A stretch of DNA of 64,000 nucleotides from positions 1,152,001 to 1,216,000 of the forward strand of contig OY843592.1 of NCBI GenBank assembly GCA_963692865.2, in the 5' to 3' direction. Origin of the DNA: a bacterium. Lineage in GTDB: Bacteria; UBA8248. A program made the translations under genes and the position numbers. Of the stretch, positions 28,601 to 37,130 are shown in pieces (the stretch's first letter is position 1; each line of letters begins with the position of its first letter). The notes beneath the pieces are model-generated. The model searched no databases. It was not told the DNA's origin and saw nothing but the letters and a program-made list of their open reading frames with translations.

Positions 28601-31159
28601 CAGGACGGCAGCGCGATCGAATACCCGATCATCTTCGGCGCGGGGATCTACGGGGACCCGGGCGGCGTGTCCGAGGACGCCTGCCCGCGTCCGCCGGGCG
28701 TCGCCGTGAACCCGCTGGAGACCCCAAGCGTTACGGCCGCGCAGGCGGCGGGCGGCGGAGACCTGGGCGCGTTCGCGCGGGCGGCGCGGGACTACTTCAA
28801 CACCATCGTGACGCCGGAGGAGTTGGGCTACGCCGGGTGCATCACCCGGAACGAGGGCCCCTGGAAGGCCGGCGACACCTACCTTTCCGCCGTGACGCTC
28901 AACGGCAGGGTGCTCTTCAACGCGAAGGACATGTCGACGGGGGGCCGACCGCTCAAGCCCGAGGTTCATGCGGCCATCCTTTCGGCGGCGCTGGGGGTCC
29001 CTCTTGACCCGGCCAACCCGGCCGCCTTCCAGAGCGCCGTGGCCGCCGCCCTGGGCCAAGTGGCCGCAACGGCCGCCACGGGGAAAGCCGTTTTCCCGAA
29101 GCCCGGCGGCGGCCCCGTGCCGCTGCTCGGCGGCTACGCCGTGGGGTACGGCGCCAACATTCCCTACATTTTCCTGGCCGGCCTGGACCTCAAGGAATCC
29201 CACTTCGGGGAGGAAACCCTGCCGCCTGCGGACCCGGAGGTCAGCGCCGACGAGGTGGTGGACCGCCGGACGCTCAAGAAATTCGTGAACGGGGCGACGG
29301 ACTACTTCCTCGGAATCATGCGGTCGAAGCCCACCGAAGCCCTCGGCATCGCGAGGAGCGTCATGAGGCGGCCGCCCTGGAAGCACGGCTCCGTCTACCT
29401 GTTCGTGATGGACCCGAACGGCTACACGCACCTTCACGGCGGGTTCCCGGACAGGTTCGAGTTCCAGACCCCGACGGCCACCCTCAGGGACCAGGTCACC
29501 GGCGATCTCATCCTGCCGCAGATCATCGAGGCGGCGCAGAGGCCCGGCGGCGGCTTCGTGCAGTATTATTTCGACAACCCCGCCGACGACAGCGACAGCG
29601 CCGACGTGCCGAAGGTGACCTATGCGCACCTGATCACCGTGACGGTCAACGTCCCCGGCTTCGGACCGATAACCAGTTCGTCCATCATCGGCGCGGGCAT
29701 CTACGGGGATCCGCTCTCGAAGGAGAGCCTTGCGGCGGCGCGCGGCTGGCTGGCGCGCTTCGGCCGGGCGGCGGCGAGCCAGGCGGTGGAGATGATCGCC
29801 GGCCGCATGAACGCCCCCGCCCCGAGCGGGGCGAAGATGACGCTCGGCGGGCGGACGGTGAACCTCGATGAGGGCTCGGCCCGCTTCATGGCGGAGAACG
29901 ACCCGGAGGTCATGGACCGGGATGGTCTCGAGCGCTGGGTCGCGTCGAGGAGGCTCGCGATGGGGCGCGACGCCCCGGAGACCTACCGCGAGACGACGGT
30001 GAGCGAACTCCTCTCGGGCGGTTCGTTCCACCTGGCCTCGGCGAAGGACGCCGGGGAGGCGGCCGGCCGCTGGTCGATCTGGGGCCGCGGGTCGCGGACG
30101 AGCTTCGAGGGCGGAGAGGCCGCTACCCAAGGCGACGTGACGACGGCCATGCTGGGGATGGACTACGAGAAGGACAGCGTCCTCATGGGCCTCGCGCTCT
30201 CGCGCGCCACGGGCGAGGGCGGCTTCGAGAACGGGGGCAGCGGCGAGATGGAGGCGACGCTCACGAGCGTGCACCCCTACCTGCGCTACCGGGCGAACGA
30301 GCGGCTCTCGATGTGGGGCATCCTGGGAATGGGCCAGGGAGAGATGACGCTGGAAGTGGAGGAGAAAGACGTCGACAAGAAGGTCGAAGCCGAGACCGAC
30401 ATCGAGATGCGCATGGCGGCGTTCGGGCTTCGGGGAGAATTAACGAAGACGGGCGGGTTCGACCTGGCGGTGAAGTCCGACGTCCTGGTGGCGCAGACGG
30501 ACGCGGACGCGGCCGACGGGGTCGAGGCGATATCGGCGGAGACGACGCGGCTCCGGGTGATGCTCGAAGCCTCGCGCGAGGTGGCGATGAAGAACGGCGG
30601 CGCGTTCACGCCTTCGGTGGAGGCGGGCCTTCGCCATGACGGAGGCGACGCGGACGAGGGGGTCGGCGTGGAGGTGGGCGGCGGCCTGCGCTTCACGAAC
30701 CCGGCCTCGGGCCTCACGCTGGAGCTCAAGGCGCGCGGGCTCCTCGCGCATGAAGAGGAAGACGTGACCGACTGGGGCGTGGGCGGCATGATCCGCTTCG
30801 CTCCGGGGAAGGCGGGCCGTGGGCTTGCGCTCACCGTGCGGCCCTCGGTGGGCGAGACGGCGGGCGGCGCCGAGCGGCTGTGGGGCATCGAGGACGCCTC
30901 GCGCCTGGCGAAAGGGGAAGTCGGGGACCTCGACCCCCGCGTGCGCGCGGAGGTGGGCTACGGGCTGGACGCCTGGGGCGGCCTGCTGACGCCCTACGCG
31001 GGCCTTTCGGTGTCCGAGGACGGCGGCGGCGCCTACCGCCTGGGCGGTCGTTTCAGGATGGGCGAACGCCTCAGCATGAGCGTCGAGGGCGACGTGCGCG
31101 AGCGCGAGAACGACGACCCCGTCCACGGCGTGGCGCTGCGCGGCTCCCTGCGATGGTAG
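25616..31159 (+). CDS. Autotransporter-like outer-membrane protein with four tandem Cache-like repeat units
   Basis: AGGAGG RBS, signal peptide, four ~1 kb repeats, WLARFGR linker helix, beta-barrel ending in Trp (GSLRW). Confidence 0.85.
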   Translation: MRFPRRMVLTALILSLAGVLSGALAAFAQDCPRPSGVAPNSLETPDVTAAQAAANPTAANLKAFALAGKDLIASSRTFPANSYVLCLFKNHSNWNSGSIYVTGLTPDGRLLFHPNNANLGGRRLNPALWGQIAGAAGLTPRGFSNPDGGALPGGGHAVGYIDGLSNFPHIVVAGLDIQESSLVKEVLDPGAIPAVTARDVVDRATLEAFVNGARTFMGNFFRDRGNTFSKLRSVFRTEHWRHGEIYLFLMDESGYTFFHGGDPGRYELATPTDTLRDVVTGKLILPQIIEAAKKPGGGFVQYYFDNPDDDTDSADVPKVTFARSLRNEVTGNSFIIGAGIYRDPGAVSEAVCPRPAGVAVNTLETPDVTAAQAAANPTAANLKAFALAGKRYLASVRPGPELVYSGCLLRNEGPWKAGSNYVVTMTTDGRVLLHSGNMALSGKPLKAAVWRAIAAATGAAALGTTGAFGKPDGGALPAEVGGGYAVGFKRTQGGATFILVAGLDIGKSDLAPETVDPGNPPIRADQVVDRATLKTFVKGAKDYVLQLYRTEGRSAFSKAKSVLRDPKGPWRSGPVYLFIMEPTGYTIFHGAFPDKYELQTPTATLRDQVTGDLILPQIINAAKKPDGGFVKYYFDNPDDDTDSATVPKVTYAVRHVIRATRADGSTFEYPLIFGAGIYGDPDTVSEDACPRPPGVAKNPLETPSVTAAQAAESAENLKAFALAGKRYLASVRVGPELTYSRCLFRHEGPWKTGATYAATISLDGRVIFHSGNMALSGRPLKPAVRGAIAAATGAAALGTTGAFGKPDGGALPGGGYAVGFKRTVGGGTGILVAGLDIRESQHLAPETVDPGDPPIRADQVVDRATLKTFVNGAKDYVLQLYRTEGHSAFTKAKSVLRDPNGPWRHGPVYLFIMEPTGYTLFHGAFPDKYELQAPTNTLRDAVTGKLILPQIIQAATANPDGGFVKYYFDNPDDDTDNATVPKVTYAVRHVIRGQRQDGSAIEYPIIFGAGIYGDPGGVSEDACPRPPGVAVNPLETPSVTAAQAAGGGDLGAFARAARDYFNTIVTPEELGYAGCITRNEGPWKAGDTYLSAVTLNGRVLFNAKDMSTGGRPLKPEVHAAILSAALGVPLDPANPAAFQSAVAAALGQVAATAATGKAVFPKPGGGPVPLLGGYAVGYGANIPYIFLAGLDLKESHFGEETLPPADPEVSADEVVDRRTLKKFVNGATDYFLGIMRSKPTEALGIARSVMRRPPWKHGSVYLFVMDPNGYTHLHGGFPDRFEFQTPTATLRDQVTGDLILPQIIEAAQRPGGGFVQYYFDNPADDSDSADVPKVTYAHLITVTVNVPGFGPITSSSIIGAGIYGDPLSKESLAAARGWLARFGRAAASQAVEMIAGRMNAPAPSGAKMTLGGRTVNLDEGSARFMAENDPEVMDRDGLERWVASRRLAMGRDAPETYRETTVSELLSGGSFHLASAKDAGEAAGRWSIWGRGSRTSFEGGEAATQGDVTTAMLGMDYEKDSVLMGLALSRATGEGGFENGGSGEMEATLTSVHPYLRYRANERLSMWGILGMGQGEMTLEVEEKDVDKKVEAETDIEMRMAAFGLRGELTKTGGFDLAVKSDVLVAQTDADAADGVEAISAETTRLRVMLEASREVAMKNGGAFTPSVEAGLRHDGGDADEGVGVEVGGGLRFTNPASGLTLELKARGLLAHEEEDVTDWGVGGMIRFAPGKAGRGLALTVRPSVGETAGGAERLWGIEDASRLAKGEVGDLDPRVRAEVGYGLDAWGGLLTPYAGLSVSEDGGGAYRLGGRFRMGERLSMSVEGDVRERENDDPVHGVALRGSLRW
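25706..29712 (+). repeat. Four intragenic tandem repeats (~960-1030 bp) each starting CPRP.GVA.N.LETP
   Basis: Unit starts 25706, 26669, 27680, 28682; conserved YLF.M...GYT..HG, GGFV.YYFDNP.DD, PKVT.A, GAGIY. Confidence 0.93.
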
Positions 31160-31169
31160 GGGGGAAGGG

Positions 31170-31465
31170 AAACCTCCCGTAGAGGCCAGGGGGTCCCACC
31201 GTAGGGGCCGCATATCATGCGGCCCATCGCGGGAAGGGCGAGAAAAGCCTCCTGACAGGGTAAAGGCAACCCCCCTACCCCCCTTGTCAGGGGTCAATTT
31301 CGAACGATGAGCGAGAAATTGCGAACCGACGTGTTTCTCATCAATGGCTTATGCAAACGCTCGTTCCTCACTCGCGTTTGACCCCTGACAAGGGGGGGGT
31401 TGGATTTCTCTCTTTGTCAAGGGGTAACAGCGATGCCCTTCGACGAGGACTTTTTCAACACCCCC
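31170..31465. repeat. REP-like palindrome cluster with an orphan MITE right end
   Basis: GTAGGGGCCGCATATCATGCGGCCC at 31201; CCCCCTTGTCAGGGG/CCCCTGACAAGGGG pair; TTTTTCAACACCCCC ending 31465. Confidence 0.7.
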
Positions 31466-31509
31466 TCCCCGGTCGGGATTGATCCTCCACCGCTCTGACA
31501 AGGCCCCTC

Positions 31510-32565
31510 CTATGCGGGAGGCATCACGAGGGCGGCGCGTCCGGTGACGCGTCCCTCTCTCAAGCGCTCGTGCACGAGGTTGGCTTCTTCCAGCGGGTAG
31601 GTCTCGCTCACCAGCGGCCACACGTCGCCGCGCGCCGCGAGTTCGAGCGAGTCGACGACCTCCTGCCGGGTGGCGTAGCGGCTGCCCATGATCTGCTGTT
31701 CCTCGCGGAGGAGTTCACGCGGAGAGAAGGGGAAACGCTCTATCCGGTTCGCTCCCATGGCGAGGAAGCGCCCCCCCTTGCCGAGGCCGCGCAGGCCGCC
31801 CTCCACCCCTTCGGCGGTGCAGACGAAATCGACGACGACGTCGGCGCCCGCGCCCCCGGTCAGGTCTCTGAGCGCCTCTTCGAGATTCTCCTGCGAGGCG
31901 TCCACCGTGTCGTGCGCGCCCACGTCGCGGCATTTGCCCAGCTTGTCCGCCGCGATGTCCACGGCGATGACGCGCGCGCCCGCCCAGCGGGCCATCATCA
32001 CCATGTGGATTCCCACGCCGCCGCCCGCGCCCACCACGGCCACGTTCTCCATGGGGCGAACGCCCGCGTGGCGGATAACTTTATACGGCGTGGCCACGGC
32101 GTCGCAGATGACGCTCACCTCGGCGGGGTGCGCCCGGTAGTCCAGCCCCTCGGGCAGGGGGATGAAGCTCCTGGCGGGCAGCTTGACGTATTCGGCGTAG
32201 CCGCCGTCCATCCGGCGCCCGACCTGGCCTGCGAGATTCTCGCACAGGGTCTCGCGGTTCACGCGGCACCAGCGGCAGCGCCCGCAGGTGAGGTAGTAGT
32301 ACGCCGTCACGGCGTCGCCTTCGGTGAGCCCCTCCACGCCCGCGCCCGCCTGGGTGATTACCGCTGTGATCTCGTGGCCTATCACGAGCGGGAAATTCCC
32401 GCCCATGCGGCCCGTCCGGGTGTGTTCGATCGTGAGTCCCGCGCCGCAGGCCAGCACGCGCGCCACGGCCTCGCCCGGCCCCGCTGCGGGAATGGGTCTC
32501 TCCTCCAGGACGAACGGAGCGCCCGCCTCCGCCAGTACCATCGCCTTCATGTCGTCTCCCGCCAT
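31510..32565 (-). CDS. Zinc-binding alcohol dehydrogenase (MDR) family
   Basis: GHE, structural Zn CGRCRWC..NRETLC, GAGGGVG. Confidence 0.9.
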   Translation of the reverse strand: MAGDDMKAMVLAEAGAPFVLEERPIPAAGPGEAVARVLACGAGLTIEHTRTGRMGGNFPLVIGHEITAVITQAGAGVEGLTEGDAVTAYYYLTCGRCRWCRVNRETLCENLAGQVGRRMDGGYAEYVKLPARSFIPLPEGLDYRAHPAEVSVICDAVATPYKVIRHAGVRPMENVAVVGAGGGVGIHMVMMARWAGARVIAVDIAADKLGKCRDVGAHDTVDASQENLEEALRDLTGGAGADVVVDFVCTAEGVEGGLRGLGKGGRFLAMGANRIERFPFSPRELLREEQQIMGSRYATRQEVVDSLELAARGDVWPLVSETYPLEEANLVHERLREGRVTGRAALVMPPA

Positions 32566-32650
32566 GTGTGGAGTGAAAGTGTTCCGGTGAGTTTAGTGCA
32601 TCTCACCCGGATGGGGTATTGCGCGGGGAACGTAAACCGTTCCGGCTTCG

Positions 32651-33640
32651 CTAGTCGGTTCGGATGTCTTTCGCCCACTCGCGGTTGGCCGCGTACCACT
32701 CCACCAGATGCGCGAGGCCCTCCGCGAGCCTCACGCGGGGCCGCCAGCCCAGGAGCCTCTCCGCCTTCTCGACGTTCGCCCACGTGGCATCGACGTCGGC
32801 GGGGTTGCGTTCCTCGTAACGGATACGGGCTTTCTTCTCCGTGAGGGCCTCGATGCGGGCGATGGCCTCGTTCAGGACGACGGGCTCGTCCGAACCCAGG
32901 TTGACGACCTCGTAAGAGAGCGGCCTGATGGCCGCGATCGTGCCCCTCGCGACGTCGTCCACGTAGGTGAAATCGCGCGACTGCGTTCCGTCTCCGTAGA
33001 CGATCACGGGCCTTCCCTCGGCTATCCACTGCGTGAAGCGGAACAGGCTCATGTCGGGCCGTCCGGCCGGGCCGTAGACGGTGAAGTAGCGCAGCACGCT
33101 CACGTCGATCCCGAACAGGTGGTGATAGGTGTGGCAGAGCGCCTCGGCCGCTTTCTTGGAAGCCGCGTAGGGCGAGAGCGGCCTGTCGCTCGGGGCGTCT
33201 TCTCGAAAAGGCGCGGGCGCCTCCGCCCCGTAGGCGCTCGAAGTGGAGGCGAGGACGAACTTCATGACGCCGAAATCCCTGCACAACTCCAGCAGGTTCA
33301 GCGCGCCCGTTACGTTCGTCTCGAAGTAGCCCCAGGGATTCTCGATGGATTGGCGCACTCCGGCTCGCGCGGCCAGGTTCAGGACGGCGTCGAAGGGCGG
33401 CGCATCGCCCGCGTTTTCCGCGAACAACGCGCGCAAAGGGTCGAGACGGGCGATGTCCATTTCATGAAAAACGAAACCGGGCCTCGCCTTCAGGCGCGCA
33501 AGACGGTAGCCCTTGAGGCGGACGTCGTAGGCGTCGTTCATCTCGTCGGCCCCCACGACGGCGTGGCCTTCATCCAAAAGGAATTCGCACACCCTGGAGG
33601 CGATGAAGCCCGCGGCGCCCGTGACGAGGTATCTGGCCAA
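32651..33640 (-). CDS. NAD-dependent epimerase/dehydratase (UDP-glucuronate 4-epimerase-like)
   Basis: VTGAAGFI, NLAARAGVR, ASTSSAYG, YAASKKA, RYFTVYGP.GRPDM. Confidence 0.9.
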   Translation of the reverse strand: MARYLVTGAAGFIASRVCEFLLDEGHAVVGADEMNDAYDVRLKGYRLARLKARPGFVFHEMDIARLDPLRALFAENAGDAPPFDAVLNLAARAGVRQSIENPWGYFETNVTGALNLLELCRDFGVMKFVLASTSSAYGAEAPAPFREDAPSDRPLSPYAASKKAAEALCHTYHHLFGIDVSVLRYFTVYGPAGRPDMSLFRFTQWIAEGRPVIVYGDGTQSRDFTYVDDVARGTIAAIRPLSYEVVNLGSDEPVVLNEAIARIEALTEKKARIRYEERNPADVDATWANVEKAERLLGWRPRVRLAEGLAHLVEWYAANREWAKDIRTD

Positions 33641-34146
33641 AACGGATTTCTCCTTGCGACGAACTCGTTGACGGCGACGCCAAGGCTATCAGGGGCGGGC
33701 GGTTCAGGCAAAACGACCAGCGTAAATTCAGGTTTTCCGAAGAAGAAAACCCGACCCTCAAGGGGTTGTTGAAAAAGTCCACGGAAGGAGCGCACCGAAT
33801 TTCACTCCCCCCTTGAGGGGGTTGTTGAAAAACCTGTCCCTATCGGGTCAACCACGTTTTATCCGTAGGGGCCGTTCGCGAACGGCCCTTCCCGGAGAAG
33901 AAACGGGCGCTTCACGAAGCGCCCCCTGTCCTCATTGCCAGTAAGAGCGTCAGCGCCGCATCAAGGGATAGCCCTTCGATACGCCGCCTCCGGCGGCTAC
34001 TCAGGGTGAGGAAAACAAAAAACACCCTCATCCCGAGTAGGCCCGCAAGGGCCGTATCGAGAGCCTGCCCTGAGCCTGTCGAAGGGGACGCGGGAAAACG
34101 GCCTTCCCGTCCCCCTTGTCGTGAACCCCCGAACCCCCCCTTGTCA

Positions 34147-34458
34147 GGGGCTGTTGAGAAAGTCCCGCAAAAGGAGCGTACTGAATTTCACTCCCCCCTT
34201 GAGGGTCGGGCTTCCCGAGGGGAGAGCCCGACGAAGAGGCCGAGTCCTTTGGACGAAGGCCGATTCGGTGGGGGGCAAATCTCGTTTTGCGCCATTCCGA
34301 ATAATACCCCCCACCAGTTCGCTTTCGGGCTTACGCCCTCAGCTCACTGACTCCCCCTCAAGGGGGGAGTGAATTTCCCCTCTACTTGTTCGACAATAGC
34401 CCTCAAGAGGTGAGTCAATTCATAAGCGCATGTCGATTGGGACTTTTTCAACAGCCCC
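34147..34458. mobile_element. 312-bp MITE-like element with TGTCA target-site duplication
   Basis: GGGGCTGTTGAGAAA...TTTTTCAACAGCCCC; TGTCA at 34142-34146 and 34459-34463. Confidence 0.85.
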
Positions 34459-34517
34459 TGTCAGAGGGGGGCTTTTTTCACCCCTCGCCGTGGGCATTGC
34501 TTTTACCCCCCTGACAA

Positions 34518-34710
34518 GGGGGTGTTGAAAAACCCCTCCTTGCTCGGATTGACCACCGCCGTCATTGTCGTTTCTATTGTAGGGGCCGCATATCATGCGG
34601 CCCGGCTTTTTCGCCTTCACAATACGGGTCGCATGATATGTCAGACATATATGTCCGACCTACGGGTAAAACGTGGTTGATCCGAGAGGGACAGGTTTTT
34701 CAACAACCCC
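34518..34710. mobile_element. 193-bp MITE-like element with GACAA target-site duplication
   Basis: GGGGGTGTTGAAAAA...TTTTTCAACAACCCC; GACAA at 34513-34517 and 34711-34715. Confidence 0.85.
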
Positions 34711-35013
34711 GACAAGGGGGGACAGGGGGGTTGGTTTTGTAGGGACAGGTCCCCGTGCCTGTCCTGACGCGCCCTCCAATCAGGGACAACCACGGGGGGT
34801 TGTCCCTACGATTCCTGAATCGAAGATATCCCGCACTCCGTTAAAACACGGCCCGTGCTTGAAATCCGCGGCGCAATCCGCAATGGTTGGTTTGATATGG
34901 GCGAACATATTCTCCATGCGGTTGGGGGAGTAGCCGCTTCATGTTTCTCGGGCCGTGTATGGACTTCGTGTCCAGCGAACCCGGTTCTTGTAAAGATTGA
35001 TTGAGAATCCGAG

Positions 35014-35943
35014 ATGGCGAACGTGTTGGTGACGGGAGGCGCGGGCTTCGTCGGCTCCCATGTGGCGGAGGCCTGCCTGGAGACGGGCGATTCCGTCTGG
35101 GTGGCGGATAATCTCGCTACGGGCCTGTTGGAGGACGTTCCCGCGGGCGCGGTTTTTTGCGAGGGCGACGTGGCCGACGCCGCGTTCATGCGCCGCGTGG
35201 CGGAAGAGGCGCGCCCCGGCGTCATCCACCATCTGGCGGCCCAGTCGAGCGTAACGCACAGTCTGGCCGACCCCGTGTTAGACGCGCAGGCGAACGTCCT
35301 GGGCACGCTGAGCGTTCTGGAGGCGGCCAGGAACATGGACGCGCCGCCCCGGGTCGTCTACGCCGCCACGGGCGGGGCGTGCTACGGGGATCCCGAAGAG
35401 GAGATTGTGGACGAGAGCTGTCCCCTCGCTCCCGCCTCCCACTACGGGATGAGCAAGGTGGCGGGCGAGCGGTATCTCGCCTTCTACGGGGAGCATTTCG
35501 GGCTGCCCGTCGCATCGCTGCGCCTCGCCAACGTCTACGGGCCGAGGCAGCGCGCGACGCTCGACGCGGGCGTGATATCCATATTCGCGGATAAGCTGAC
35601 GAAGGCCGAGCCCCTCACCCTCTACGGGCACGGACGCGCGGGGAGGGACTACGTCTATGTGAAGGACGTGGTCGAGGCATTCCTCATGGCGGGGAAGGGA
35701 GGCGTGGACGGCGGGGCCTACAACGTCGGCACCGGCGTCGTCACCGAGGTGGAGACGCTGCTCGAAGTTCTCTGCCGCCGGATGGGGAAAAACCCCGTGA
35801 GCATCGAGCGCGCGCCCCTGCGTCCGGGCGAGGTGTTCCGAATCGGCCTGGATGCGAGCGCGTTCCAAAGAGACGCTGGCTGGCGGCCCGGCTTCTCGCT
35901 CGAGGAGGGAATCGCCGCCTTCCTGGAATCGCTTGAGGTTTAA
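35014..35943 (+). CDS. NAD-dependent epimerase/dehydratase (UDP-glucose 4-epimerase-like)
   Basis: VTGGAGFVGSH, HLAAQ, YGMSK, RLANVYGPRQ, RDYVYV.DV. Confidence 0.9.
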   Translation: MANVLVTGGAGFVGSHVAEACLETGDSVWVADNLATGLLEDVPAGAVFCEGDVADAAFMRRVAEEARPGVIHHLAAQSSVTHSLADPVLDAQANVLGTLSVLEAARNMDAPPRVVYAATGGACYGDPEEEIVDESCPLAPASHYGMSKVAGERYLAFYGEHFGLPVASLRLANVYGPRQRATLDAGVISIFADKLTKAEPLTLYGHGRAGRDYVYVKDVVEAFLMAGKGGVDGGAYNVGTGVVTEVETLLEVLCRRMGKNPVSIERAPLRPGEVFRIGLDASAFQRDAGWRPGFSLEEGIAAFLESLEV

Positions 35944-36365
35944 GCCGGCAGGCGGCCGTAGACGCGCTCGGGCGTCACCAGCACGGCGACCGCGCCCTGG
36001 TCCACCATCGCCTGGTCGTATTCCTCCCAGTCGGGATGGTCCGAATCCCCGCAGGCGCGAAATACCTCGCGGAACATCACGCGCATTTCCTCTTTTTCGG
36101 TGTTCTCGTAGTCGAAGAGTCTGGCCTTGCCCTCCACGCACACCCATGTGCGCCAGTCGGGGGTGACGTAGAGCACCGTGCACCGGGGGTTCCGCCGCAG
36201 GTTCCCCAGCTTCACCGACCAGCCGCGCACGATGACGAACGCGGCGCAGTCCTCATACGCCCCGCAGACGATGACGCTCGATTGCGCCGTGCCGTCCGGC
36301 CTCAGGCTCGTGACCACCCCCTTGTGGTTTTTCTCCATAAACGGCCTTGCATCTTCGAAGTTCAT
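35940..36365 (-). CDS. Pyridoxamine 5'-phosphate oxidase-like (PPOX class, possibly F420-dependent) protein
   Basis: RPDGTAQSS, K..NLRRNPR, VEGKA, HPDWEEY..AM, TPERVYG. Confidence 0.8.
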   Translation of the reverse strand: MNFEDARPFMEKNHKGVVTSLRPDGTAQSSVIVCGAYEDCAAFVIVRGWSVKLGNLRRNPRCTVLYVTPDWRTWVCVEGKARLFDYENTEKEEMRVMFREVFRACGDSDHPDWEEYDQAMVDQGAVAVLVTPERVYGRLPA

Positions 36366-36447
36366 GAGATACCTCGCTAGGAATGAGAGAAACGGATGTT
36401 TTCGCCATTGTAGCAAAATTCACGGATGAACGACGCCATGAGGAGAG

Positions 36448-36981
36448 ATGCCGATGAGCCGTCTTGCGCCGCTTGAGCCCGAGAACATGCCGCCCCGTCA
36501 ACGAGATGCGTATGAGGAACTCATCGCCAACCAGCGCGGCGGCGTGCGCGGGCCTTTCGGCGTCTGGGTGCGAAGCCCCGGCCTCGTCATCGCCCTTCGC
36601 GGGCTGATGAAGTTTTATTACGAGGAAAGCGTCATCACCGAAGACATCCGCGAACTCGCCATCATCATCACCACGCGCCATATGGGGGCGACCTACGCCT
36701 TCTCCGCCCACGAGGCGCAGGCGCTCGACAGCGGCCTTACGCCCTCCCTCGTGGCCGCCGTGATGGCGCAGGAACAGCCTGTAGAAGGTACTCCGCTTGA
36801 GCTTTGCGTGTACAGGTATTGCACCGAGCTGCTCGAAACCAAAAAGGCGTCGGACGCCGCCTACCGGGAGGCGTTCTCCTTGCTCGGGGAGAAGGGCGTG
36901 GTCGACCTCACCGCCCTCGTAGGCTTCTATTCGGCCATCTCACTGACGCTGAACGCCTTCGAGATACCGCCCGTTACGTGA
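36448..36981 (+). CDS. Carboxymuconolactone decarboxylase (CMD/AhpD-like) family protein
   Basis: RGPFGVWVRSP, RELAI, H...A...G, GEKGVVDLTALVGFY. Confidence 0.8.
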   Translation: MPMSRLAPLEPENMPPRQRDAYEELIANQRGGVRGPFGVWVRSPGLVIALRGLMKFYYEESVITEDIRELAIIITTRHMGATYAFSAHEAQALDSGLTPSLVAAVMAQEQPVEGTPLELCVYRYCTELLETKKASDAAYREAFSLLGEKGVVDLTALVGFYSAISLTLNAFEIPPVT

Positions 36982-37130
36982 GGGGGAGATTTAATTTTCT
37001 AGTACGAACCTTTATTATGAAAGTTCTGCCCACCTTTAAGTTGTCTTCGCCTATGCTTTCTAGACTTGCCGAATACGAAATTTAAAACTTAGATGACGAT
37101 AATAAAACGAAAGCATGGTATAGTTTTAGA

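Larger units (their letters stand above)
33750..34810. repeat. Second cluster of nested MITE-like elements and REP-like palindromes
   Basis: Left termini at 33762, 33818, 34147, 34518; right termini ending 34458, 34710; shares a 45-bp identical block (33971-34015) with 15632-15676. Confidence 0.88.
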
